Below are positions 24,562 through 37,716 of a stretch of DNA of 64,000 nt, piece after piece. The stretch is from Selaginella moellendorffii. Lineage: Eukaryota > Plantae > Lycopodiophyta. Each line of letters opens with the position of its first letter. Within the stretch, counting starts at the first letter, position 1. The stretch spans positions 1,177,199 to 1,241,198 of the forward strand of contig NW_003314309.1 of assembly GCF_000143415.4 (NCBI RefSeq). The letters run 5' to 3'. The translations under genes and the position numbers were made by a program. The notes beneath the pieces were generated by a model that saw nothing but the letters and a program-made list of their open reading frames with translations, searched no databases and had not been told where the DNA came from.

Positions 24562-27500
24562 CATAGCTTCAAAACACACAAACATGAACACGGCATTCAG
24601 TTTTTGAACATGAACACGAAACATGGAAATGAACACGGATAAACACGGGTGAAAACACGAATATTCTCTAGAATATTCTACTTATCACTCCATCTCATCT
24701 AGAAGCTCCTCATTAGCAGGATCATCATCTTCGTCTTCATCCTCTTCTTCCATAGCTTCAATATCAGCATTAGTAATTTGAGGAATACTTCCTGTTTGGC
24801 TCAATCCCACAAACTTGTCAAAGGAAGTGTGGCTCCCTATTAACTTGGTATTACTGGCCACAAATACCAAGTCTGCAATCCAGCTCACTGCTAAGCAATT
24901 CCTCTTCTTTGAAGTGATGTGCCCAAAAATGCTGAACAATCGCTCCACAGATGAGGAAGAACTTGCCTGACTAAGCACTCAAATTGCCAACCTCTGCAAA
25001 TCTGGACCTGAGTAGCCATTGTCCTCCCACCACTGCACAGAACCCTTTGTTGTACGATCCATCTGAGAGTCCCCAGTGCCAAAACTACCCTCCAAGTTCC
25101 TGTATTGGCAAAGCTGATTTTTTATAGTTGACCTTTGCTGATAGTCAGGGAACTAGATCTCCAAGTACATGTTCCAATCTTTGGAAACTTCCCTGGATTT
25201 TTCCTGTCCTCGCCCCTGAAACTCTGGATTAAGCATGTATGCCACGGAGTGAAAGGTGCTATGATAAGCCCACCACCTATTTGAAATCAGTTGGTTTAGC
25301 TCCTCATACCTAAGATTGTTCTCCTCTTGTTGACAGATGTTCTTTCTCATCTGATCCATCCCCTCGTAGACCTTCCCAATCACAGGCACGTCTCCGTCAA
25401 CCATCCGTAGCAAATACATCACCCTCCTTGAAACACCCAGCATGTGGTTAACCTCGTTCTAGTATGTATTGTTGAACACAATTCCTCAGTATGCTATCCC
25501 AGAATCTGTCCTTGACTCTAGCCTTGCATTGTAAGTGTCACTCACAAACATTTGTTGTAGCTTTGGCCTCAGCTCCACCAATCTCTCCATCATAAGAAAG
25601 TTGAAGGCGAATCGTGTTTCGCTGAACTTCAACACTCGTCGTGAAGAGAAGGATGCCAAAATCGCTACTAGATGCAAATGGTTCCGGAGGAAGCCAACCA
25701 GAGTCTTTCCCTTGTTTAGCAGCCCAACCATCCATGGTAGTTTTGTGAAATCCTTGAGAATGTTGTTCAAACAATGAGCTAAGCATGGAGCCCACATAAT
25801 CCTTGGCTTCCTCGCCTCTAGAAGCCTAGCAGCAGCCTTGTTTGAAGCCTCACCATCCGTGAAAATAAGAACAACATTCTCCTCTCCAACAATCTCGATA
25901 CCTCGCTCCCATGTCGCAAAAACGTTATCAGCCGTCTTCCCACTAGAAGATATATCAATGGCCTCGAGAAAAGTCGACTGTCCTCTGCTGTATGCAACAA
26001 GCCCCATGATATGTCGATTTCTTGTGTCATTCCATGCATCAGCAACAAGAGTAACCCCACAATTCTTCCAACATGCCTTCACCTTGGCAAGTTGAACTTT
26101 AAGATTGGCTTTCTCCACTTGCAACAATTGCTCTCGCAATGCTGTCTCTGTTGGAAGATCGTAGGGAATTCCATGCCTTGCAATCTGCTGCACCATCTCC
26201 TTGAAATGGTGAAAATGAGCTTTCACAAATGGTATGTGCTCGTTCCAAAAAAATTGTCCTATAGCCATATCCACTGCTTCCTTCCTTTTTGGATCAAAAG
26301 AATCCCGGATTCCCTACTGTCGTTGCAAAAAAAACCTGGAAATTCCTTCTACAGAATTGCCACCTGGTGTAGAACTCTAGGAAGCAACAAAACTCTCTCC
26401 TCCAGTGCTTTGGATGCCTTCGACACATGTAGAAACTGCTTGTTTCTTGCTTTGGTGTTTTCCAGCCAAAACCTGGTCGTCGATGGTTTTAGCCATCTCC
26501 CTAAGCTGTTGTCTCTTCTCTGCTGAGATGACATCACAACTTAAGATTTCATGACCATCCTGCACCTGTGAGATGTCCCCTCACACGATCCACACCTGAA
26601 CTTTGTCTCTCAACGACACCACTTGCAAGACTCAGCGTCGGCATGCACCACTACGGCAGTTTGTTTGATCACCAAGGATCACTCTTCCCACCAAACGGAT
26701 GATGGATGTCGCCCTGTTGAAGTCCTCCTACTCTGGCTCCCAGATGCCATCACTCAGCTCAACCTCTAAAATCCTGCACCTGCTTCTACTCCAATCCACA
26801 ATCACTTAGTCCAACCTCTAAAATCCCACACCCTGCTGCTGCTCCAATCCACAATTGCTCAGCCTCTAAAATCCCACACCCTGCTCCTGTTCCAATCCAC
26901 AATCGGTCACGCCCTGCGCCTAAAAAAATTTTGAAAAACTCAAAATTTTAGAATCATGCCGTCAATAACACAATCGCAATGCCAAGCAACTAAGAATCAC
27001 AGCAATCTACAAAGATGCAGTGCCAAGCAGCTAAGAATTATGGCAGAAGCAATCCAAGGAGAAAATTTGGGAGAGAAAATCTACAAACCTGGAGACAATG
27101 ATCAAGAATTTTTTGCAGCGAAATCAGGTGTGGCTGAGCGCCATTCCTCCCACTCCAGCGCTAGAATCCTAGAGAGGGCATTCCCAGCCCAAGAAAATCG
27201 CCATAGATCGCTGGAAAAACCTTTTGATTGATTGTAGGAATTTTTGATTGATCGCAAGACAAGAAAACATCAAAGCGCAAAACGCTCACGTAAACCACGT
27301 GAGCTATTGTTTTAGAACACGGCGTGGTCACACAGTATTTGACCGTGTTTCAACCGTGTTTGGAGCCGTGTTTTGGAGCATTGACCAAGTCAATGAACAT
27401 GGCCCGTGTTAACATGGCTGGGGGCCGTATAGCAGGGCCGATTCGGTTTTAGAGGGGAGGCAACGAGGCAATCAAGGAGCTCCTGCATGTCATGCACACG

Positions 27501-27562
27501 GGTTTGCAGATCATCCCGAGAACACCAACACGCTGTGGTGCACAGCATGTTTTGAAGCACTG
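24562..27562 (-). mobile_element. Defective hAT DNA transposon (BED finger remnant, DUF659-type core, hAT dimerisation domain), 8-bp TSD CTTCCTCC
   Basis: TIRs catagcttcaaaacac / catgttttgaagcactg. TSD at 24554..24561 and 27563..27570. Subterminal aacacgg arrays. Motifs GVTLVADAWND, FTDGEASN, WAPCLAHCLN, SETRFA, SQASSSSSVERLFS. Several stops and frameshifts. Confidence 0.93.
26755..26905. repeat. Three ~50-bp tandem repeats upstream of the transposase
   Basis: cctctaaaatcc(c/t)(a/g)cac(c)ctgct..t.(c/t)tccaatccacaat x3. Confidence 0.85.
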
Positions 27563-28692
27563 CTTCCTCCACACTCTTGCAATTAATCCAGCCTAGTAAT
27601 GCCTATTTCCTTTATTGCATTGTTCTCATTGATGAGTGAAATTACTGTTTTCTTCACCACTTTCTTCCCATCCCTGCTGTGATCCTTTTGCTCTATCATG
27701 AATTTATCACCTCCAACGTCCACTTTCTTTACTACTGCTTTCTTCTAATCCCTGTTATTATCTTGTTTTGCCCTGCCCTTCATACCTCTAGCATCTACTT
27801 TCTTTGTTGCTTTCTTCCTGCTGGGAATTATAATGAAGCTCCTCTCTCCTTCCAATGCACCTGAGGCCAAATGGTACACCATCACTTCAGCCTAGGGTGA
27901 TGTTTGTTTCGTAGTGAGTGCATTAGCAGGACTTGAATTGATGTTCCCAAGCTGTAGTAGCCTCTTTCCTGGATTCTACAAGCTCTTGGAGCAACTTGTC
28001 ATGGTGTGACTATTGGTGAAGAATGATCTCCTTCATCTACCGCATCTCATTAGCAAAATTCTCAATAACTGGAAGTGTGTGTTCAATGGTGATAAACTTT
28101 GGTAGTGATGGGTGAACAGTTGCAGAAGGCAACTCTAATGGGGTGATGGCTTGGTTGAAATCAACTCTAGCAATCTTTAGGTCAACAAGTCTCTCTTTTC
28201 AACTTCGTGGTAAATGAAAATGCCTTGCAGCAAGACTTAACTTCTCTACTGCAAGTTCCAACGCAGACTTGCTGTGAATGTTATGATCCCTTGCTGCTCA
28301 TCTTGGACCACTCTACAATCCTAACACTGTTTTTAGTACGCTTAAAACTTGGTGATGTAGTTGACAAACTCATGAGCACTTTGCCGGAATGAAAAGAGAT
28401 CAATAAGTAGCTAATTTATGGGTCTTTTTTCAATGAAACATTCTCTAAAAGAAGCAAGTAGTGTCTGGAAGCCTATTCAGTTTTCTAGGAGAAGAGAATC
28501 TACCCAAGTTGCGACTTTGCCTTCGAAAGATTATATGAAGTTGCAGTATATATGATCATCATCAACAATCATGTTTGTGGTGTAGTAATAATCAAAGTGA
28601 CCGATATACAATACTAGAGAAACTGTCCCTAACACCTGAGAAGGTTGACAAACTACTCCCCTTCTGTAAAATATGGAGTTGGGGTCAAGCTA

Positions 28693-28781
28693 AATATGGC
28701 TGCACTATACCTCGTAGATCTAAGTCACTAGAATTTTAAATTCTAGTGACTTAGATCTACGAGGTATAGTGCAGCCATATT
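28693..28781. repeat. 89-bp perfect palindrome (44-bp arms, 1-nt centre at 28737)
   Basis: aatatggctgcactatacctcgtagatctaagtcactagaattt-t-aaattctagtgacttagatctacgaggtatagtgcagccatatt. Confidence 0.97.
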
Positions 28782-29062
28782 ACTAAATGAAAAATTACTA
28801 AAAATGAAAAAGACTCAGCTCGAGAAGGTGTAGTGTTATACTTAAGTTGCCTTTGGATGCTAGAAAGTTTACTCCATACCTTAGGGCCTTGAAGTATGGT
28901 AAAAATGTGTTAATTTGCCATACACCTAATCTATACCAGCATCAAATACCTTGAACACTGCAAATGCTCAGTCAAAGCAATTGCATTGATATGAGCAAAA
29001 AGGCTATAAATTTTTAAAGCATGAGAAAGAAAAGCCCTTGGCCAAAATAAATGGTTTAGAAC

Positions 29063-29162
29063 NNNNNNNNNNNNNNNNNNNNNNNNNNNNNNNNNNNNNN
29101 NNNNNNNNNNNNNNNNNNNNNNNNNNNNNNNNNNNNNNNNNNNNNNNNNNNNNNNNNNNNNN
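29063..29162. other. Assembly gap (100 N) followed by a degenerate hexamer repeat (CCTACT-like, 29163..29228)
   Basis: Run of N characters. Confidence 0.99.
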
Positions 29163-29949
29163 CTACTCCTGCTCCTACACTTATTCCTACTCTTGCTCCA
29201 ACTCCTACTCTTACACCTACTCCTACTAGAGGAAACAAAAATGTTAGAATGCTGGAAAAGACTAGACCTTACAAACATGCTAATGATCCCTCAAAGGGAT
29301 GGAATGCCTTCGTGGATCAAAGAAAGTGGCTGATCTTGAGGATTGAATCCCTGGGATGCCACTGCAAACATGTGTGACCTCTTGTTCCATTGACATTTGT
29401 CAGCCAGGAGTCCTTGGGTTGGCACATGCATCAAAGATGTTCCCTTGAGCTCCATCCACCCGCCTCTCTAGTGCTACTTGCCATTTCCAGATCTCCTGGA
29501 TGGAAGCCATTCCATCCTCTTGGATGCCCTTCATCGTGTTGATGGCATCTTTAAGCTCCTGCTGGTATGAGATGCCTATCTCCATGAACCTGCTTAGTCA
29601 CTCTTCCAGAGGAAGTGGGGGAATGTCGATTGGCTCCTCAAAAGCTTCAAACTGAGATGGAGATTCTTGTGTAGCCCCCAGCTTCTTCCCACAATTGTGA
29701 AGAATCGATAATGTCATGCTCTCTTCCTCCAAAACCCCAATCACCCGAAAATTTCCCTTAGTTTCTCGGACAGATTCCCTCTCTCCTCTTTGCCCTCTTG
29801 TGTGAAGTGTCGCTTGGCTCCGTATCATTGCTAAACAACTACTAAGACTCTCAGCACGATGTGATCTCTCAAAGCCAATCAAGAGTATATATACATAAAA
29901 GAGAAACAATTGACATCTTAGCTAGGAAGACAAGAGAGGAAGGACAGAG

Positions 29950-30500
29950 GAGTAATGGAAAACATAACCTACCTTTATCCCGCATCCACCTCCTTTATAT
30001 ACTGTCCATAACATTGGTGATTTCTACAAACTCATTCCCTTATACAGGTAAATACTTAGGGCTACTCAACCATAAACTTCTTCTCTCTGATGAGCCTGCT
30101 TGCCATTAATAGAGGTGGATCTATAGCTGGAGCTCAAGTAAATGGTGAAAGTGCTTCATATAGAGGGGATCAAGGTAATTTTCCAAGTATTACATCTTCA
30201 CCTAAGTGTGATGATAAAGTCAGCTTTTTTATGAGATGGTGATGCCAGGTCGCTTGGCCATAAGCCAGCTCCCTTTTCAGGTTTATGGGGCATTGTAAAG
30301 AGGCCAAGGATTAGTAGCACCCTATCTTAGTATCGGTGCGACCTTGGAACATAGTCAAGTAGGCCATATAGCTTGTTTTTGATGCAATCAAGCATTTCAC
30401 TCTCCATAGCAATGCATTGGTTGTGTGTGATGCATGATCTCGATCAACCTATAGCAGATGTCACTTGGAGAGTTGCTACAGCTATGCCTTCTGGCTAGAG
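29950..30500 (+). mobile_element. Possible highly degenerate LINE 3' fragment
   Basis: GKYLGL and KVSFFMRW...HC...HPILV...W loosely resemble the RT end and zf-RVT region. Many stops. Confidence 0.3.
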
Positions 30501-30707
30501 CAACATATCAAAGATAGAGGGAATACTGATTCCACACATAATTTTTCACATATAAAGATATATATATTCTCCAATAGAAATAATAATTTACATAACATCA
30601 TTCCACTCCTTTTGTACTTTTGTACTAGCTCAATTTCCTACTATTAAGATAAATACCTTTTAACAAAACCTATCATATCATATTTTATTAAAAAAATATA
30701 TTACCTT

Positions 30708-33700
30708 TGTGAGGGCCAAGTGTATGGCTATGATACCATATATTAATATTAGTGTAGTGGAATTTTGGTTGCTGTCGAATTAGTTTCAATCCAGACCACT
30801 CACAAACTATGGTTTTTGTGCTAATTGATATGCACATTTTTTGTATTCTCTTTCCATATTCCAAGTACTCACATTTGTGAAGGTGAGGGGCAACTTTCAT
30901 TGTCCTTGAGGAGTGCTTGGATTTGGGATTTTGGTTTAGATCTAGCTTTTTTCATTTCCTTTCTTTTATTCTTTCCTTTCAAGATTTTGGTTTAGATTTA
31001 CCTTTTCTATTATTTAGATCTCCCTTTCCTTTTAGTTTTTTCTCATTTCCCTTCTTTTGCTCTTTCCTTTTCATTTATCTTCATGGTAGAGTAGCAATCT
31101 CCTCCTTTGACTTTGGAGCAGCAATTGGTGCAATTGTTTGATGCCATGTGATTATAATTAAACAACCAAACTCTGATGGCAACATTCATGGCACGTGGTA
31201 CAACTCCCCCTAATTTTGGTGCCAATCCTCGCATTCGACTGGAGTTCTTTCGTGGGAATCCTGGGGATGATGTGTACCATTGATTCGATCACTTCATGGT
31301 GATTGCCACATATCATTCTTAGGATGATGCTTGACGTTTGTGTGAGTTTCCCACGTGTCTCCAAGGGACAGTGTTGCAATGGTACAATGGTTTGAGTGCA
31401 GCCACTCGTGGGGATTGGAGTATTTTCCCGAATAAAAATGCATTCGGACATACTGACAATTGTGATGATGCCTTCCAATAATTGCATTGTCTTCATTAAG
31501 GGCCATTTGAGTTTGTGATGCAATTTGGCATTTGTTTCTGAAGTTTCTTGCTTCATATAGAACCAAACATGTCGAAGCAGATCAAGCTAAGAATGTTGTG
31601 GCTAGCACTTCGTCAAGATCTTATCAGACTTGTGCATGCATTTGCTCTAGCCACCCTTGACGATGCTCTTCGCTTGGCACAACGTTATGAGACGTTGTGT
31701 CTTTCACTTCTCGCTGCACATTCTTCTACTCCACTTCTTGTGGGCAATGGTCCTATTCCAATGGAGGTTGATGCTATTGCTGCTCGAGTCTAAAGACAAG
31801 GGCGAGGACATGGTTGTGGCTGTGATGTTCACTGTTAGGCATGTGATGAAGTTGGTTATATTTATCGGTGTTGTCGGTGTTTTCCAGATTGACAACCTCC
31901 ATTTCTTGGGTGGAGACCTTGGCGTCAACAACGTCTTGTTGGTGCTGCTGCAGTGGAAGGTTTGGACACTGAGATACATTCAGGAAACGAGGAGTTGCGC
32001 GAGTAATAGAGGGACCTTGCACGAATAAGTCAGTAACCCCTCCATCTTTCTTTTGGGAGTATCATCAAAGGGTTCACTCGGCACTAGTTCATCCAGTGTT
32101 TACTTTCCCAGTTCATTTTTATAACAAAAGGTCTTCTATTATTCTCTCCATGTTGGTTGATACAAGTTCGAGTTTATCTTCTATTATTCGACTTATTGCC
32201 ACACGTTGCTGTCTACACTTGCATCATGTGGTGGAACCAGTTTTCATTTTTTATGGCAACGGCCGTACACATGCATGTGCACGGGATGAGGTGGACCTGG
32301 TTGTGTGTATGGGCAATCTCAAGCTTGGGTTGCAGTCATTGCGGGTGGTGCCAAGTCAAGCTTTTGATCTTATCCTTGGTATGGATTGGTTGCAACGTAA
32401 TCATGCCAAGTGTGACTTTGAGGCTTCTCCCCCTTGTCTCATACTTCCTTATATTTCATCTATTCCTCTCACTTCCGTACCTCTTTGTCCTGTAAGGAAC
32501 CAACTCCCCAAGGTGTCATAGGTTGAAGTATCCCCGAAAGCATGACCAAAATGACAAAGAGTTCATCGGATGGGACCGAGTCTGAGATCGAGTCCAAGAC
32601 CGACTTTGAGACTGAGTTCGAGATAGAGTCCGAGATCGAGTTTGAGGCCGACTCCGAGGCCGAGTTCGAGACCGAGTTCGAGACAGAGTCCGAGATCCGA
32701 GATCGGGTCTGAGACCAAGTCTGAGGCCGAGTCCGAAGTCAAGTCCGAGATTGGGTCCGAGATTGAGTCCGAGACCGAGTCCAAAGTCGGGTCCGAGATT
32801 GAGTCCGAGACCAAGTCCAAAGTCGGGTCCGAGATTGAGTCTGAGATCGAGTCCGAGTACTAATATAGGTCAAGGGGTCAAAGCCCAAAGCGTGTGTCTC
32901 CTGGGGGGGGGGGGGGGGGGGGGGGGGGCTACAGGGGGTTCCAAAAGTATAGTAGGGATAGTGAGGTCTAGGAACTAGTCTTGAAGAAACTCTTCAGTGG
33001 TGCTTCCAAACTAATTTGAGATTGAGACTGGGGCCGAAGGGCCTTGGGTGGGAGTGAGCATGGACTTGGGTGGTGTCGAAGGGGCTACCCAAGGAAGTGC
33101 TCAAGAGCAACTTTCACTCCTGAAAGGAAAACTGACTGCGGTGCTCCCAACTCATGTGGAGTGGTGCCCCACTTGAGTACCTTGCGGCTCATTGGTCCTC
33201 GCCCTTTTTAGGGGCTTGGGCCTTCCCTTCGGGATGGAAGTGGGGGGGTAGAGGTATCCATACCGGGGCATTAGGCCATAGTGTTTCGCCCCGGCATCCT
33301 GAAGCATGTGTTGCATCCAAGACTTGGGATATAGAGGGTCCCATGATCAAGTTTTGTTATACCAAGTGATGCTAAGAACCTGGAGGCTTGGTGTGCTTGG
33401 CTACTTGTGTCTGCGGGGAGTGTAGCCGAACTTTAAGTCCAGTCTAACCCGGGGAAGGGGTATTGAGAGAGATTTGGGAATCCGTGGATGGATGGCTAAC
33501 ACTTCGTTGCTCGTGCAGTGAGTAACTGAACCCAAGTAAGACTCAGTAGGAGTTGGTACAATAGGCGAGAACCTTGGCGAGGGAACTTAATTAAAGCCAA
33601 GGCAGTGTTGGTCGAATAGACGAGGTAAGCTGGCAAATTGGAAAGGAAAAATTTATGGCTTACATGTCCCTCTACTTTTACTTTTGCTTCCATTACTTTT

Positions 33701-36700
33701 GTCCCCCCACTATTTCCTCCTATATTTCCGTCTTGTTCTACTCTTCTCTTTTCCAATCCCTTCGACCATCTTTGTGTTGTAACAATTGACCGGCTCATGA
33801 AGGAGTATTCTGATCTCTTTAAATTTGATCTATCGTCTAGGGCCAAGATTGCCACACATCATCCAATTCCAATCAGGGATGCTCATCCAATCAATGTTCC
33901 TATTCATCGTCGGTCACCCAAAGAAATCAAGATTTTACTTGCAAATATTAAGGAGATATTGGAGAAGGATGTAATTTAGAAGTTGTAGAGTCCTTAGGCA
34001 TATGAACTTCATCTTGTGATAAAGCCTAATGGGAGTATTTGTTTCTGCATCGACTATCGTCCGTTAAACGAAGTGACAATCTCGGATGTGTACTCTCTTC
34101 CTCACACTGCTAATCTCTTGGATCGTCTAAGGCAAAGTCGTTGGTTCACCAAGCTCGATCTTGCTTCTGGGTACTGGCAAATACCAATGGCTGAAAAAAT
34201 ATTCCTAAGACTGCTTTTTGTACATTGTTTGGTTTGTACGAGTTCTTGGTAATGCCGTTTGGTTTGAACAATACTCCAGCAACTTTCCAGCAGATGATAG
34301 AAGAGGTTCTTTGCAATATGCCGAAGATGACTGTTGACTTCATTGATAATATCTTGATCCACTCATAAGGGAGGTGGGAGGAGCACATTCGTGATGTTTG
34401 TAAAGTGTTGGATCGGCTATAGGATATTGGTTTAAAGCTGAAGCAGTCAAAATGTGTGTTTGGGTCCAAGGACACAACTTATCTTGGGTATTGTATTTCT
34501 CGTGAGGGTTTGCAAATTGATCATGACAAACTTGTGGCTGTTCTAAAGTTCATTACTCCGAAGTGTGTGAATGATGTGTAGTGCTTTCTGAGCAAAATGT
34601 AGTATCTTGGTTGTTTTATGGATCATCTTTCTAATTGCACTACACCATTGCAAGTGTTGCTGAAGTCATCAACGTCATCTTTCATCTAGTATTTGGATTG
34701 TGAGTGGGCGTTCATGGATCTCAAAGAGCTCTTGACGACTCCTCCAGTTTTGGTATATCCTAACTACACTCAACTTTTTATTTTGCATGTGGATTTGGTC
34801 TTAGAGGTATGTTAATGCAAGAAAGCCTAAGTGTGCTTGGTCAGTGCCATCCCATTGCATATATAAGCCGTACATTACAACCAGCAGAGGTAAACTACTC
34901 CACGACAAAGAAGGAGTGTTTAGCAACAATCTGGGGTTTCAAGAAACTTCATGTATATCTACATGGTTCTCGTATGTTACTTGAAGGTGATCATGTTGCC
35001 ATTACTTCATTATTGAAGCGAAAGAACCTGGTTGGTCATACTGTTTGGTGGGCTTTAAAGCTTCAGATATATGATTTTGATGTTGTTCATCGTCCAGGGA
35101 GTTATATGGTTGATGCTGATGCCCTTTTTCGAGTTCTTCTTTCTTCTCCACTCTCTTTTTATATTTCTGACGAACTTATTGTTCCAACATCTATGGATTT
35201 TCTAAATGAGGATTCTGTGCCATCGGCAGTTGCTATACTTGACGTTCAGTATCCACAAGGTGCAAAACAAGATTTACCTTTTCTTGATGAGGCTCAAAAG
35301 CTTGAGCTATAGATTCGAAGGCTTCAAGATGGGTTTGAGAATCTTACATCACTTATTAATGACTTGCCATTCCAACATTTACATTCTTAGTATCGCCTTA
35401 AAGATGGCCTTCTTTATTTTATGGGGACAGATCCTAATAATCTTTTATGGCTAGTGGTGTTTTTTGTCTTTATTCCACAGTTTCTCCATGTCTACCATGA
35501 TTCTCTTGTTCTAGGTGGGCATATGGGACATCGTCGTATGACCGAGAAGCTACGCAGGTCTTTCTATTGGCCAGAGATACAACGTGATGTTATCCGGTAT
35601 GTGCGTAGCTATGTTTGGTGCCAAACTCATAATACTTCCCTTTATGCTACAGAACGATGATTGGAGTCAATTGCAATTTCCCGTCCATTTGAGTTGGTGG
35701 CATTTGATCTTATGGGACCTTTTCCACAGTCGACTGCTGGCAATGAGTATGTTATTATTACTTTTGACAACTTGATTTGTTGGGTAGAAGTTGGTGCTCT
35801 TGCTAGTGCCTCTGCAACTGTTGTTGGATACTTCCTCCTCAATCGAGTGGTGTTCCAACATTCTTGTCCAGAGCAGATTCTTTCGGATAATGGTCCTGCA
35901 TTTATGGCTAAGGCATTTCATATTTTGATGTCTCGGTTGGGGATATGCCACACTTTCATGAGTGCTTATCATCCACAATCAAACAGTCTAGTGGAATTGT
36001 TCGTTTGGACATTTAAAGAGATGATTGCGAAATATGTGAACTTTCAGCATTTAAATTAGGACAGTTATTTGCTGTCTCTTCGGTATGCATATATCATAAG
36101 GGTGCAGAGTTCTGTTGATGCTTCACTATATAAACTCCTATATGGTCATGATCTAATATTACCAACAAAGTTGGGTTTACCTTCGCAATTGCCACAAACT
36201 GCTGATGCTAGGTCGTGGGATCAGTATTTGATGAGCATTTTTCCACTTGTCTAAGCAAAGTTTGCTGAACACTTAGGCCACGTACAAGTGGGACAACAAT
36301 GACACTACAATTCCCATTATTGTCCACCTGCAAAGTACAAAGTGGATGACTTGGTATTAGTCCATTTTCCCCATTTTACGGTATGTGGTTTATTTAAGAG
36401 GCTCTTTATTTAGTGGAAAGGACCATATCAAGTGTTGCGGCAAGTTAGACCACAAGTTTATGAAGTTCAACATGACGTCCAGCAAGCTGATCCTTTAGAG
36501 ATTGTGCATGTGCAACAGTTGAAACGCTTCATACAAAGGGATTAGGAGCAATTAATACCACCTATAAATCCACTGATGCCTCCTCCTGACATTCCTCCAG
36601 ATCCCAGCTCATCTACAAGAGAACCTTAATGGTCTTCCATTATTCCAAGAGGAGGGGATGATGTGAGGGCCAAGTGTATAGTTATGATGCTGTATACTAA

Positions 36701-36837
36701 TATTAGTGTAGTGAGATTTTAATAACTGTCGGATTGGTTTCAATCTGGACCACTCACTTCTATATATAAACTAGAGTTTTTGGGCTAATTGATATGTACA
36801 TTTTTTGTATTCCCTTTCCATATTCCAAGTATTCACA
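30708..36837 (+). mobile_element. Full-length degenerate Ty3/gypsy LTR retrotransposon (gag-PR-RT-RH-INT), LTRs 30708..30873 and 36662..36837, TSD CCTT
   Basis: TG...CA LTR pair and PPT aagaggaggggatga. GPIPMEVD, LVDTSSS, FCIDYRPLN, KLDLASGYWQI, MPFGLNN, FIDNILI, PIAYISRTL..AEVNYSTT, GGHMG, ILSDNGPAF, SAYHPQSN, KGPYQV. Many stops. Confidence 0.95.
32491..33664. mobile_element. Nested solo LTR (TGTAAG...CTTACA, 5-bp TSD TGTCC) inserted between PR and RT
   Basis: tgtcc|tgtaagg ... ggcttaca|tgtcc. Interrupts the pol region. Contains a hexamer array at 32570..32860 and a G25 tract at 32903..32927. Confidence 0.85.
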
Positions 36838-37716
36838 CCTTCTTTATGATTTGGAGTTGACTAAACTTAATACAAAATTACTCTGAAAAGAAAATTTATT
36901 AAAGAAAATAAAACCAAAAGAAATCTTTACTAATGAGGACTTCAAATATAAAAATTAAGAAAAACATATTAAAATAAAATGTAATATTAACATGTATATA
37001 ATATTTAATAAAAATTTAATAATTGAGTGAATATAGTTAAAGTGATTTTTGGGATTTGAACATTATAATACTGAATTCATCTCTAGTTATAATTAAAATA
37101 TTTTAAAAATTTCATAAATATAGTGATTACCTTTCCATTCATGCTAAAATTTATATATATTCATACAAGCTTTAAACAGGTGAAAAAATATCTTATTGCT
37201 TGCACTTATTTTGTGAAGGATTATTTAATGTAATATAATTTTGTGAGAATACTAACAATTATAACTAAAAACAAGATCACAGAAACAAAAACAAAAACAA
37301 AAAAAATACATAAATTTAATAAAACAATTATTTATATTTCAACAACAACAAATTCACTAATATTGAGTATTATATTGTACTGAAGAGTTTTTTATATATG
37401 TTAACCACTGTAAATGCAGCAACATCAACTTTTTTCCCCAAGGGTTTAACATTCTAAACCCACTTCTAAAGTTTTTAATTTTGAAATGCTTCAATAATCA
37501 ATGAAAGTTTTTTTCCTCTATGTTAAAATAAAAAAATAGTTTTCAAGTGTTAAATATCTCTGAATTCTTCAATTATATTGGCCTTTTAATCTTTTAGTTT
37601 CATTTTATAACTTTAAAAAATGTTCACATAATATAACTTAAAAAAACAAAATAAAATAAAATAAAAATGATTGTAAACATTTTATGTAATGTAATATGAT
37701 AATATTTTATAAGAGG

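Noticed and set aside
27571-28690. Possible chromodomain or gag remnants downstream of the hAT
   Set aside because: Too degenerate to assign domains; treated only as a probable continuation of the gypsy remnant.
32570-32860. Repeat array as a CRISPR array or an SE-rich protein ORF
   Set aside because: Hexamer periodicity with no unique spacers and no cas genes, in a eukaryotic solo LTR. The ORFs arise only because the repeat lacks stops.
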